Assembly: GCA_965203325.1 (NCBI GenBank)
Contig: OZ241875.1
Span: 2,752,001 to 2,816,000, forward strand
Direction of reading: 5' to 3'
DNA from: a bacterium
Lineage (GTDB): Bacteria; UBA8248
Length of the DNA stretch: 64,000 nucleotides
Shown here one piece after another: positions 10,219 to 19,557 of the stretch. A model generated the notes under the pieces. That model saw nothing but the letters and a program-made list of their open reading frames with translations, did no database searches and was not told where the DNA came from. Positions within the stretch are counted from its first letter, which is position 1. Every line of letters begins with the position of its first letter. The position numbers were made by a program, and so were the translations under genes.

Positions 10219-10623
10219 AAAGGCAACCCCCCCTACCCCCCCTTGTCAGGGGGGTCTTTTTTTATTCCCCCCTGTCGGGGGGACCTTCTTCTACCGAGAA
10301 GAATTTTACATTCACTCCCCCCTTGAGGGTCGGTCTTTCCCCTCGGGAAGACCGACGGCAAGACGAGGGCGAAGCCCGAAGTCGCGCCGGTGGGGGGAGC
10401 TTTTATTTGTGGCATGTCCCCCCACCGAATCGGCCTTCGCACAAACCGCTCGGCCTCTTCGTCTGGCTTTCCCCTCGGGAAGCCAGACCCTCAAGGGGGG
10501 AGTTGATCCTTTTTTGCGGGGGTTGCCTTTTCATACCCCCCTGTCAAGGGGGGGTAGGGGGGGTTGGTTTTGTAGTGACAGCCCCTCCTCGGGGCTGTCC
10601 CACAAGTCGCGACCTGTCCCTAC
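10219..10623. repeat. Composite cluster of palindromic intergenic repeats
   Basis: CCCCCCTTGTCAGGGGGG and CCCCCTGTCAAGGGGGG units, CACTCCCCCCTTGAGGG...CCCTCAAGGGGGGAGTTGA (10312-10506), GACAGCCCCTCCTCGGGGCTGTC and a REP ...GACCTGTCCCTAC; parts recur at 1203-1355, 17591-17690 and 19310-19557. Confidence 0.8.
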
Positions 10624-10663
10624 GGCTATCCCGGACGCGCCGCCCCAACACCCCTGCCTGCCC

Positions 10664-12976
10664 CTACAGGGGCCCAAAATCGGGCGGGGGGATCCGGCGT
10701 TTCGAGGCCGCCTCATACGTCGAGGCGATACGCAGCAGGACGTCCTCCCGGCCGGGTTCGGCGCGGAAGACGAGGGAAAACGGCAGGCCCGGCTCCGGGA
10801 TGCTGGTGGCCTGATCGTTGTGGGCGGAGACGAACCGCGTCCCGTCCTCGCTCAGCTCGAATACCGGGTCGTAGGTCGTGCGCACGTAGCCCGCGGGCAC
10901 GAGCATTTCGGTGAGCCCTGCGTTCGGTCCGCTTTGCGATTCGGGCCTTGAGTTCAGCAGGAGGCCGGGCTGGACAGCTCCCCCGATGATGGCGGGCGGG
11001 AACGGCGTGTGCAGCCTTACCAGGGCGTCGAGGTTGTTCTCCAGGATCACCATCATGTCCACGCGGCGCAAAAGCTCGCGCAGCATGATGCGCTCGTTCA
11101 CCCCCTGCCTGTCCCCGTGCGGATTGCGCGGGTCCGTGACTTCCTCCCAGTTCTTGAAGGCGGCGCGGTGGTCGTCGCCCCAGAACTTCGAGCGCGCGTT
11201 CAGCTCGGGAAAGCCCGTGATGGTCTCGGTGAAGCCGCGCGCCTCCCAGTCCTCCGCCCGGCGCGAGAGGTACTGGTGGATGTGGTAGCGGAACGTCATG
11301 GCGAGTTCCTGCTGCTGCACGGTGGCGAGGTCCAGGTTTATCGGCTGCTCGATTCGGCCCTCGCCCATGGCGAGCATGTAGTCGATGGGCTGCATGGTTC
11401 CGGAGCCTAAGACGACGCCCGGCGCGAACTCGGTGGGGACGATGGCCTCGGCGAACTCTTTGAAGAGCGGCCCGCCCTCGGGCGTGAGCCGGAACATGAT
11501 GTCCGGCATGAAGACGGGGATGAGCCTCGCGAGCGCGCGGCGGAAATCCGTCTTCATCGTCTCGACTTCGGGGTCGCCCGCCCAGAGCGGATCGGTCGAT
11601 TCCAGGAGCTTCGCGCCGAGCTTTTGCCCCAGGACTTCCTTTATCTCCCGGCCCGCCGCGTTCACGATGGGCTCTTCCGATTTCGAACCCCTCGGATAGA
11701 CCATCGACTCGCGGATGACGCCGATACGCACGCCTTCCAGCGCGCCCGCCTCGCCGTTCCTGCTCACGTGCGAAGCGTAAGGCGTATCCAGGACGGAGGA
11801 GCGCGGCACCGTCGTGAACGGGTCGCGCGGGTCGTAGTAGCCGTTCACCGGGTCCTTGAGGGCGTCGAGCACCCTGGCGCAATCGGCGAGTGATTTCGTG
11901 ATGATGCCGCTCCTGTCGCAATAGATGTCCGCCCCGATGGCGCCGCCGTCGAAGCCGAGCATCGCCTTGTGCGGCAGGATGAGCGCGACGGCGTTGTGGT
12001 TCGACGGCCCCCGGCAGGAGGCCCGCGTCTCCTCGCCCAGGCTCGCCATCACCATGTTGGTGCTCACCGAGAGGGCGGAGCCCGAACTCGACCCCAGGGA
12101 GGCCGCCCGCGTGGTGTCGTAGGGGTTCGAGGGGTTCCCGCCCCACGTGCTGCGCTGGTAGCCCAGGACGGAGGGCAGCACCTTCTCGGGTTCATGCCGC
12201 CCGCCCGGGTCGCCCGCGCGCCCGTTGTATTCGGTGCTCACGGCCTTGGCGAAGATGACGGCGCCCTTGTTCCTGAGCTGCTCGACGAGGATGTGGTCGC
12301 GCGCGGGGAAATCGATGTCATAGGCCGCGTCGCCACCGCCGGTGGAGCGCATGTCCTTCGTGTCGAAGGGGTCCTTGAAGGAGAAGGTGACGCCGTACAT
12401 CGGCATTTTCTCGAGGTCGGGGTCGGCGCCGTACTCGGCGTCCAGTTCCGCCGCGCGCTCGAGCGCGTCGGGGTAGTGGCGGAAGACCTCGCACATGGGC
12501 GGCGCGCCGGGCGGCAGGGGGCCTTCCGCGGGATGCCGGTCGTATTCGCCCTTGCACGTCACGGAGCGCTCGCCGCGGATGTTCAGGGTGGCGAGGGCGT
12601 TCACCTGACCCGCGTTCGGGACCCCGACGATCATGCCGTATTGCTGCTGGACGTCTGGATCGGACGCCGTATCCTCCATGCGGCCGAACTCGAGCGGCTT
12701 TCCAACGTATTTATCCAGATCGGGCAGGTGGTCGGCCGCCTTCACGGTCTCGGTCGGGAAGCGCAGCGGGGAGCCGCCGCGCACGACGCCCCTGGCTTCG
12801 GGGACCGGCGCGCCGTCTTCGGTGACGAGCATGCTGGCGACGCCGTTGTACGCGCGGACGCGCTCCAGATACCCCTCGACGACTTCGACGCACGTCGTGC
12901 GGCCGGCGCGAATCGCCGCGTGCAGATCCTCGATGGACGCTTCTTCGAGTAGAAACGCCCCGCTCTTATCCTCCAT
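10664..12976 (-). CDS. Amidase signature family protein (long form, ~770 aa)
   Basis: KDPFDT (Lys), GSSSG, EETRASCRGP (nucleophile Ser); start taken at MEDKSG. Confidence 0.85.
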   Translation of the reverse strand: MEDKSGAFLLEEASIEDLHAAIRAGRTTCVEVVEGYLERVRAYNGVASMLVTEDGAPVPEARGVVRGGSPLRFPTETVKAADHLPDLDKYVGKPLEFGRMEDTASDPDVQQQYGMIVGVPNAGQVNALATLNIRGERSVTCKGEYDRHPAEGPLPPGAPPMCEVFRHYPDALERAAELDAEYGADPDLEKMPMYGVTFSFKDPFDTKDMRSTGGGDAAYDIDFPARDHILVEQLRNKGAVIFAKAVSTEYNGRAGDPGGRHEPEKVLPSVLGYQRSTWGGNPSNPYDTTRAASLGSSSGSALSVSTNMVMASLGEETRASCRGPSNHNAVALILPHKAMLGFDGGAIGADIYCDRSGIITKSLADCARVLDALKDPVNGYYDPRDPFTTVPRSSVLDTPYASHVSRNGEAGALEGVRIGVIRESMVYPRGSKSEEPIVNAAGREIKEVLGQKLGAKLLESTDPLWAGDPEVETMKTDFRRALARLIPVFMPDIMFRLTPEGGPLFKEFAEAIVPTEFAPGVVLGSGTMQPIDYMLAMGEGRIEQPINLDLATVQQQELAMTFRYHIHQYLSRRAEDWEARGFTETITGFPELNARSKFWGDDHRAAFKNWEEVTDPRNPHGDRQGVNERIMLRELLRRVDMMVILENNLDALVRLHTPFPPAIIGGAVQPGLLLNSRPESQSGPNAGLTEMLVPAGYVRTTYDPVFELSEDGTRFVSAHNDQATSIPEPGLPFSLVFRAEPGREDVLLRIASTYEAASKRRIPPPDFGPL

Positions 12977-13227
12977 GACGCATCCTTTCGTGTTATGCCG
13001 CGTTCCCCCCCCCTCGGCGGGGGGAGCGGTCTCCGGTCTCAAGCGATGCGGGAATACTATGGGCGGCGTCCGGTTTTGGCAACGGCGGGAGGAAAAGATA
13101 CCCGCCGAATCCGGGCGGGGAGGCGGATGCCTTGCCGAATGCGCAGAGGCCCCGGACAGGCACGGATGCCTTGGACAGGTCGCGACCTGTCCCTACGCCC
13201 CTTTGCCGTCCATGGTTCGCCTTTGGC

Positions 13228-13442
13228 CGTCATTCCGGCGAAAGCCGGAATCCATTTTCGCCTTTGCCTTTTCGCCTCCTCGTTCGGACGTCTTTACTCC
13301 CGAGTGGGGAGGATCGGAATCGAACATAAAAACGAAAGGCGAATCCTCTGCATTCCGTATCCGGACGCCACGCGACAACAAGGTCGTGGCCGCCCTGCCC
13401 GGTGAAAAGTCAAAATGGATTCCGGCTTTCGCCGGAATGACG
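13228..13442. repeat. Element bounded by a perfect 31-bp inverted repeat (GTCATTCCGGCGAAAGCCGGAATCCA type)
   Basis: CGTCATTCCGGCGAAAGCCGGAATCCATTTT at 13228-13258 and its exact reverse complement at 13412-13442; a REP (GGACAGGTCGCGACCTGTCCCTAC) lies just upstream at ~13173-13196. Confidence 0.85.
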
Positions 13443-14001
13443 AACGAAAATCTATCGGCAAACGAGAGATTGCCCTATAGGGGTCGCATACGGAGGATGG
13501 TTTCGAGGCACCGACAGGGAATTCCCGGAAAAAAAGCCGTTCTGGGGCATGGACCCGGCAAAACGTCGGCTTGCTGGGATCCGATAATTGCTATTATCAG
13601 AAAGTACAACACCTCTCACGGCCATGTCAAGCGCAATTCCGGCGTCTCCGGAAGGGTTTCGGAGGCCGTTTTGCGCCTTTTTTCGCTCATTTTTCGCTCA
13701 CTTTCGGCCCGAATGCGCCCCGAATCGGGTTTTTCGGCGGAAAACGGGGTTTCTGGTGTCCGGTAATAGCAATTAACGGCGGCCAGACCGGGAAAGATGG
13801 GCGCATACCGAAGGAATCTGCCTCTCGCGGAACTGCCGGCCCGGACCATGCGTGGGCCAAGCCTACCATATTTCGGGCTGCCGAAAATACGAATCATCAG
13901 TTTGTGAATGCCCGTATATCGAAAGTGAAAGGAGGTTAAACGGAGAAAGCCGGAAATTCACGGAAAATCCCTTTTTCTATGTATCCAGGAGGACTCACTA
14001 A

Positions 14002-17000
14002 ATGATGTTCAAAGACAAGCATATTCACAAGCTCTACGCTTTCGCGCTGGCGGCGGTCTTTGCGCTCGTGCTGGCGGGCTGTGGCGGGGGAGGCGGCGGC
14101 AGTGCGGCGGCACCGCCCGACGAACCGCCCCCGATGCCGACCCCGGAGGAGAGGTGCACGGCGGATGGCGGCCGGTATAACGCGGACGGGTCATGCACCT
14201 CGGCCGCTGATCTTGAGGCTGAAAGGGTGGCGGCTGAAGCGGCTGCCCTCACAGCTGCGAAGAATGCTGCGGCAGCAGCTGCCATGGCTGCGAATACAGC
14301 GCTGGATGCAGCGAAAGCAACCCTTACAGGCATCGCGGATATTCAGGATTCAGATCCCTTGCACTACAGCTTGGCCGAAGGCGCGCTGGACGACGCCAGG
14401 AGAGCGAAACAGGCTGCGGATGCCGCGAACGCCAAAGCGCAAGCCGCAGACAATTCAGGCGATGCCGAGATGTATCAGGCTCAGGCCGAGGCCGAGCAGG
14501 CAAAAGCGGAAGCTGCGATGACATTGGCTGCAGGTTTCGCCCAAGAGGTGAAGGACGCCAAGGCGGAGGCCGACAGGCTTGTACAGGAAGAACTCGATCG
14601 CCAGGAGCAAGAACGCATCGCGCAGGAAAACGCCATGAAGATTTCCGATGCGCAGGAAGCGGCCAGGCTGGCGAGTGTAGCGGCGAGTGAGGCGGCGAGT
14701 GCGGCTGCGACTGCTCTCGAGACGCTGCAGGGCGATGCCGACGCCACGGCGCATCAGCTCGTAACCGCCACGACGGCGAAGATAGCGGCGGATGCCGCGG
14801 CGCAAGACGCAGCCGATGCCTATGCCGCGGCCATGGGTGCGGATACGGTGGAAGCGGCCGAGTCGGCCCGTGACGATGCGCAGATGGCGCAGATGGTGGC
14901 AGAGGCGCAGCAGGGCATCATCGACGGATTCAACATGGCCAATCAGGACGATCGTGATGACGACGAAGTTGAAAACCAGCGCATGGCCGATGTCGCTGCG
15001 GCAAGAAGTGCCGCGATGCAATCCTATATGGATGCCGACGCCGATGCGACGAAGGCCGATGAGGTCGCTACCGCTGCCGAGACGGCCGCTCCCGGTTCTC
15101 CGGGTGCGATGGCCGCGAGAGAGGCCGCCACGGCGGCTCGCAATGCCGCGGACGCCGCGAAAGCAGCGCATGACGCCATCATGGACGACATGACCAAGGA
15201 CCAGGCTGAAGCAGAGAGAGATAAAGCGGCGACTGCGGCGGGTAACGCCAATGACAGCTACATGACGGCCAAGAGAAATAATGACGCGGTTCAAACGGCG
15301 AAGCTCGCCGGCGAGGAACAACAGAGAGTTCGCGACATCGCGGATGCGAAAGACGCTGCGGAAGATGCCATGGATGCCGCCAAGACTGCTTCCGATGCGG
15401 CTGGTGATGCGGCCGATGACGCCGAGACCGCCATGGACAACGCCAAGGCGGCTCTCGACAGAGCCAGGGCGGCGCGTACGGACTCTACGACAGCAGAAGC
15501 AGAATACGAGAAAGCCAAGGACGCGGCGACGGCTGCCAGGAACGCTGCAGACGAGGCGGACACTGCGTACATGGCGGCTAAGGCGGCGCATGACGGCATT
15601 GACGACGATGGTGAAGCTTCAGACGCCGAGGATGCCCAGGAAACGGCTGAAACGAAGCAGCGTGAAGCCGAGACTGCGCAGGGCACTGCCGACACGCAGA
15701 AGACGGCTGCGGAAACGGCCGAGTATGCTGCTGAAACCGCGGCCGGCACGCACGTCTTGGGTCTGCTCAAGGGGGCGAACGCGGTCGGTGTGATGGACAA
15801 TCCGGCTACGGACGCCAACGAGCAGGCCGCTGCGGTGATGGCCGTCGCGACGGCGATCGGCAATGCGGCGGGAGCACCTAGCGGAACAACTCCCGAAGAC
15901 GCCGACAACAACAGCGCCACGACCGGCGCCACCGTCAGTGATTCCGGGGTGACGGCAACTTGGCCTGCGGACGGATTTAACCCAGACGGTTCGGTAAACA
16001 ACGACGCCGAGGACAATCCTATTCCCGGCATGTTGTCGATCACCGTTACCCGCACCAGTGGCTCTAACCTCGTGTTCAGGACGGAAGCGGCGGAAGAGGA
16101 TGATGCCACCACGACAGATGTCGATGAGACCGTCGTGACGGCGACCGATATCGGCGGGCTGGGCGACTTCATGCACGGCTACTCGATCTCGGATCGCGGA
16201 ACGCACGCGATCGTCTTCACTGACAAGCAGCAGGGTACGCCGGCTGTGGCAGAGGTGGTGGCGATAACGGCGCAGACTCTCGTCAACAACAGCGGCGGTA
16301 CCGTTACCGATTTGGGCACCCGGTCGGGAACCGGGTTCACTGGCGTCACGTACTACGCCAGTGGGGTTACGGTTGGTGACGACACCGACATGGCCCTGGC
16401 GTTCACGGGTACTCTGACCTGTCCTGCCAGCGCAACAACTGGGTGTACGGCCACGGAGAATGCCGACGGAACCATCACCATCGAGGGTTACACGTTCACC
16501 GGTAGTCGGGCAGCCAGGGCGGCTGTCACAGCAGTTTCTGCGGCCGAGAATAACGACTATCTGGCGTTCGGCGTCTGGCTCCAGGAAGACAGCGATGCGG
16601 GCACCGAAGGCAACCAGCCCGCATTCGCCGCCTTCTTTGGCGGTGGCAGCCCGACCGCGGCCGCTTCCTTCAATGTGGCAATTACAGGTACGGCGACGTA
16701 TGAAGGCTCCGCTACGGGCGTATACACCGAAGGAACCAAGGTGGATTACTTCGAGGGCGACGCCACCCTGACAGCCAACTTCGGCACGGCGCCTGAAGAT
16801 GGTTCTGCCGACACCGTGACTGGAACCATCACCGGTATGATCGACAACATCGTCGCGGGCGGCGTGTCCATGAGCGACGTCATCCATCTGAACGATGGGG
16901 CTGGGGGCAACAACATTTCCGCGGAGGGTGGCTTTAGCGGCGACGCTCGCATGGGAGAAAGGACAGTCGAAATTGTGGATAGTGTTGCAACAGTGACTTA

Positions 17001-17208
17001 CCCCTACAACGGCTTGTGGCGCGGGTCGTTCTACAATGGGAACACGGATGATACCGCCACGGCGGATGTCGATGAAAGCCTGGTGGCGCCGGGTTCCGTC
17101 GCCGGAAGCTTCGGCGTGACCGGCACCGACGACATGGGTACAGCGGATGACGACACTGACGACGTCACCCGGAGCTACGTGGGCGCGTTCGGCGCTCACA
17201 AGCAGTAA
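14002..17208 (+). CDS. Large surface lipoprotein: Ala-rich helical stalk plus C-terminal TbpB-like beta-barrel domain
   Basis: AGGAGG RBS; lipobox LAGC followed by poly-Gly; ~520 aa Ala/Asp/Glu-rich region; C-terminal TGTATYEGSATG...ATLTANF...WRGSFY...SVAGSF...YVGAFGA pattern. Confidence 0.75.
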   Translation: MMFKDKHIHKLYAFALAAVFALVLAGCGGGGGGSAAAPPDEPPPMPTPEERCTADGGRYNADGSCTSAADLEAERVAAEAAALTAAKNAAAAAAMAANTALDAAKATLTGIADIQDSDPLHYSLAEGALDDARRAKQAADAANAKAQAADNSGDAEMYQAQAEAEQAKAEAAMTLAAGFAQEVKDAKAEADRLVQEELDRQEQERIAQENAMKISDAQEAARLASVAASEAASAAATALETLQGDADATAHQLVTATTAKIAADAAAQDAADAYAAAMGADTVEAAESARDDAQMAQMVAEAQQGIIDGFNMANQDDRDDDEVENQRMADVAAARSAAMQSYMDADADATKADEVATAAETAAPGSPGAMAAREAATAARNAADAAKAAHDAIMDDMTKDQAEAERDKAATAAGNANDSYMTAKRNNDAVQTAKLAGEEQQRVRDIADAKDAAEDAMDAAKTASDAAGDAADDAETAMDNAKAALDRARAARTDSTTAEAEYEKAKDAATAARNAADEADTAYMAAKAAHDGIDDDGEASDAEDAQETAETKQREAETAQGTADTQKTAAETAEYAAETAAGTHVLGLLKGANAVGVMDNPATDANEQAAAVMAVATAIGNAAGAPSGTTPEDADNNSATTGATVSDSGVTATWPADGFNPDGSVNNDAEDNPIPGMLSITVTRTSGSNLVFRTEAAEEDDATTTDVDETVVTATDIGGLGDFMHGYSISDRGTHAIVFTDKQQGTPAVAEVVAITAQTLVNNSGGTVTDLGTRSGTGFTGVTYYASGVTVGDDTDMALAFTGTLTCPASATTGCTATENADGTITIEGYTFTGSRAARAAVTAVSAAENNDYLAFGVWLQEDSDAGTEGNQPAFAAFFGGGSPTAAASFNVAITGTATYEGSATGVYTEGTKVDYFEGDATLTANFGTAPEDGSADTVTGTITGMIDNIVAGGVSMSDVIHLNDGAGGNNISAEGGFSGDARMGERTVEIVDSVATVTYPYNGLWRGSFYNGNTDDTATADVDESLVAPGSVAGSFGVTGTDDMGTADDDTDDVTRSYVGAFGAHKQ

Positions 17209-17705
17209 GAAAGAGCAGGACGCCTTTGGCTTCGGGGCTTCACGGCCCCGGGGCCGGGGCGATGAAGGAGAGCGAAAAGGGGGTTGCCCGTTGGTTGCTT
17301 CTCTCGTGATGAAGCAAATTGTACCGCTCCCAGCTGTGAGTTTGAGTCCTCGAGCCGGGAGGGGGAACAACGGGCGGCCCCCACTTCGCGTTTCATGAAC
17401 GTAGCCGACACCCCGACTCGGCCTGCACCTCGGGGATCGTGTCGCAGCAATTCCCATCTTCAGGGGTTTTTCAACCCCTTAAAGCAGCCCTTTGAGGGGT
17501 GTCGGCCCTTTCTCCTTGAGCGGACGGTTGACTTCAAAAGCCGCAATCGCTCCCTCTTCGGTCACGATTGCCCCCTTGACAGGGGATAAAGGACAGCCCC
17601 TCCTCGGGGCTGTCCTGCCCCCCCTACACCCCCCCTGTCAGGGGGGTAAAAAGCAACCCCCGCAAAAAAGGATCAACTCCCCCCTTGAGGGGGCTGTTGA
17701 AAAAG

Positions 17706-19092
17706 GAGTTACTGTCAAATGTTGTGTATGGCCGTCTTGAGTTCAGCGGCCTCCCTGCCGGTTTGTTTTTCGTTCATCCCATCGATGAACCTCACGTCGG
17801 TGATCACGTCGGCCAGCTGGCGCAAGCCGCCCAGCCGCCCCCATCGCTTCTCGGCGCTCATGGCGAGTTGGTGAATCAGGCTCAGCGCCGTCTTCTCGCT
17901 CAGGCAGTTCCTCGTCTTCGCCGTTCGCAGCCGGATCGTGGCGAAGGTCGACTCGATCGGGTTCGTCGTCCGAATGCTCCGCCAGTGCGCCGCCGGGAAG
18001 TCGTAGAAGGCGAACAACTCCTCGCGGTCCCTCGACAGGCACGCGGCGGCCTTGGGATACTTCGCCTCCCAGGTGGCGAGAAAGCGTTCGAACGCCTTCT
18101 CCGCATGCGCGCGGGTCTCCGCCCTCCACATCTCATACAGCATCGGCCTCGCTTCGACCTGAGCGCTCTTGGGCAGCTTGTCGAGAACGTTCGCCGTCTT
18201 GTGCACCCAGCAGCGCTGCGCCCGGGTCCCGGGGTACACCTCGGCCAGCGCCGACCACAACCCCAGCCCCCCGTCGCCCACGGCGAGCTTCGCCGCCTTC
18301 ACGCCCCGCTCCCGCAGGCGCAACAAAACCGCCTTCCAGCTCTCCTTCGATTCACGGAACCCCGCCTCCAGGGCCAGGAAGCGCTTGCGGCCTCGCGCGT
18401 CGCAGCCCACGACCACCAGAAGGCAGCGCCGCTCCCCGCTGCGAACGTTCACGTAGATGCCGTCCGCCCACAGATACGCGAACTCCTCCCCGTGCCACGC
18501 CCGCTCGCGCCACTGCGCGTACTCGCGCTCCCAGCCCTCCTTGAGCCGCGAGACGCTCGCCGGGGACAAGCCCCCCACCGACTCGCCGAACAGCGCCGTG
18601 AGCGCCTCGCCGAAGTCGTTCGTCGATACCCCCTTCAGGTACAGCCACGGTATCACCGCTTCCACGCGCCGCGTCTTGCGCAGATACGGCGGCAGCAACT
18701 CCGAGCGGAAACGCCGCCCCGACCCCGACCTGTCCCGCGTCCGGGGCACCTGGACACGCACCGGACCCACTCCCGTCAACACCTCCCGCGACGGCAGATA
18801 CCCGTTGCGAACCACCGCGCGGCGGCCCTGCGCGTCACGATCGCCCGCATATTCTTCGAGAAACGCCGCCAACTCCGCTTCCACCGCCTGGCGGATGATT
18901 CGTCGCGCGCCCGCGCGCAACAGTTCGCTCAACTCGTCCCGTAGGGCTGGATTCTTCATGGGAATCGTCGTATCTTCTCTCATGGTGGCGCATCTCCTTG
19001 TGCTGAATGACCGGGCTATTTGGCAAACCCTATTTCAGCAGGATGCGCCGCCTTCTTCAATTCAGCCCATACACAAGTTTTGAGCGTAACTC
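17706..19092 (-). mobile_element. IS256-family insertion sequence, apparently intact (1387 bp)
   Basis: Imperfect 26-bp IRs GAGTTACTGTCAAATGTTGTGTATGG / CCATACACAAGTTTTGAGCGTAACTC; perfect 9-bp flanking duplication TTGAAAAAG (17697-17705 and 19093-19101). Confidence 0.93.
17715..18983 (-). CDS. IS256-family DDE transposase
   Basis: RNGY, VPRTRDR, LYLKGVST, WADG, GDGGLG, QRCWVHK, RTTNPIES motifs. Confidence 0.95.
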   Translation of the reverse strand: MREDTTIPMKNPALRDELSELLRAGARRIIRQAVEAELAAFLEEYAGDRDAQGRRAVVRNGYLPSREVLTGVGPVRVQVPRTRDRSGSGRRFRSELLPPYLRKTRRVEAVIPWLYLKGVSTNDFGEALTALFGESVGGLSPASVSRLKEGWEREYAQWRERAWHGEEFAYLWADGIYVNVRSGERRCLLVVVGCDARGRKRFLALEAGFRESKESWKAVLLRLRERGVKAAKLAVGDGGLGLWSALAEVYPGTRAQRCWVHKTANVLDKLPKSAQVEARPMLYEMWRAETRAHAEKAFERFLATWEAKYPKAAACLSRDREELFAFYDFPAAHWRSIRTTNPIESTFATIRLRTAKTRNCLSEKTALSLIHQLAMSAEKRWGRLGGLRQLADVITDVRFIDGMNEKQTGREAAELKTAIHNI

Positions 19093-19151
19093 TTGAAAAA
19101 GTCCTGCAATGCCGGAATGATGGCAATGGGATTCCGCCTTGGCGAAGGGAG

Positions 19152-19557
19152 TGTAGGGGCCGCATATATGCGGCCCGTCGTTGGAAGGCAAAAAGGCCGG
19201 GTCGCATATATGCGACCCCTACACACAAGAGATCCGCCTGATGAAGGGTTTTTCAACAACCCCTTGATGCGGTGGGGGGTGAAATGCGTTTTATCGCCAT
19301 TCCGAATTACACCCCCCACCGAATCGCTTGCGGGCTTCGCCCTTAGCTCTTCGACTCCCCCTCAAGGGGGGAGTTGATTGCATATCTTGCGCGTGGAGGG
19401 ATGACCCTCAAGAGGGGAGTGTATCTTGCTTGTTCATCGAGGCTTTTTCATACCCCCCTTGACAGCGAACAAAGGCAACCCCCCAACCCCCCTTATCAGG
19501 GGGGCCTTTTTCTCTTTCATGCCCCCCTGTCAAGGGGGGGTAGGGGGGGTTGGTTTT
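19152..19557. repeat. REP pair (19152-19223), MITE end (to 19263) and further CCCCCC/GGGGGG palindromic repeats
   Basis: Near-identical to repeats at 1046-1118, 1290-1355, 10219-10257 and 10536-10571. Confidence 0.8.
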
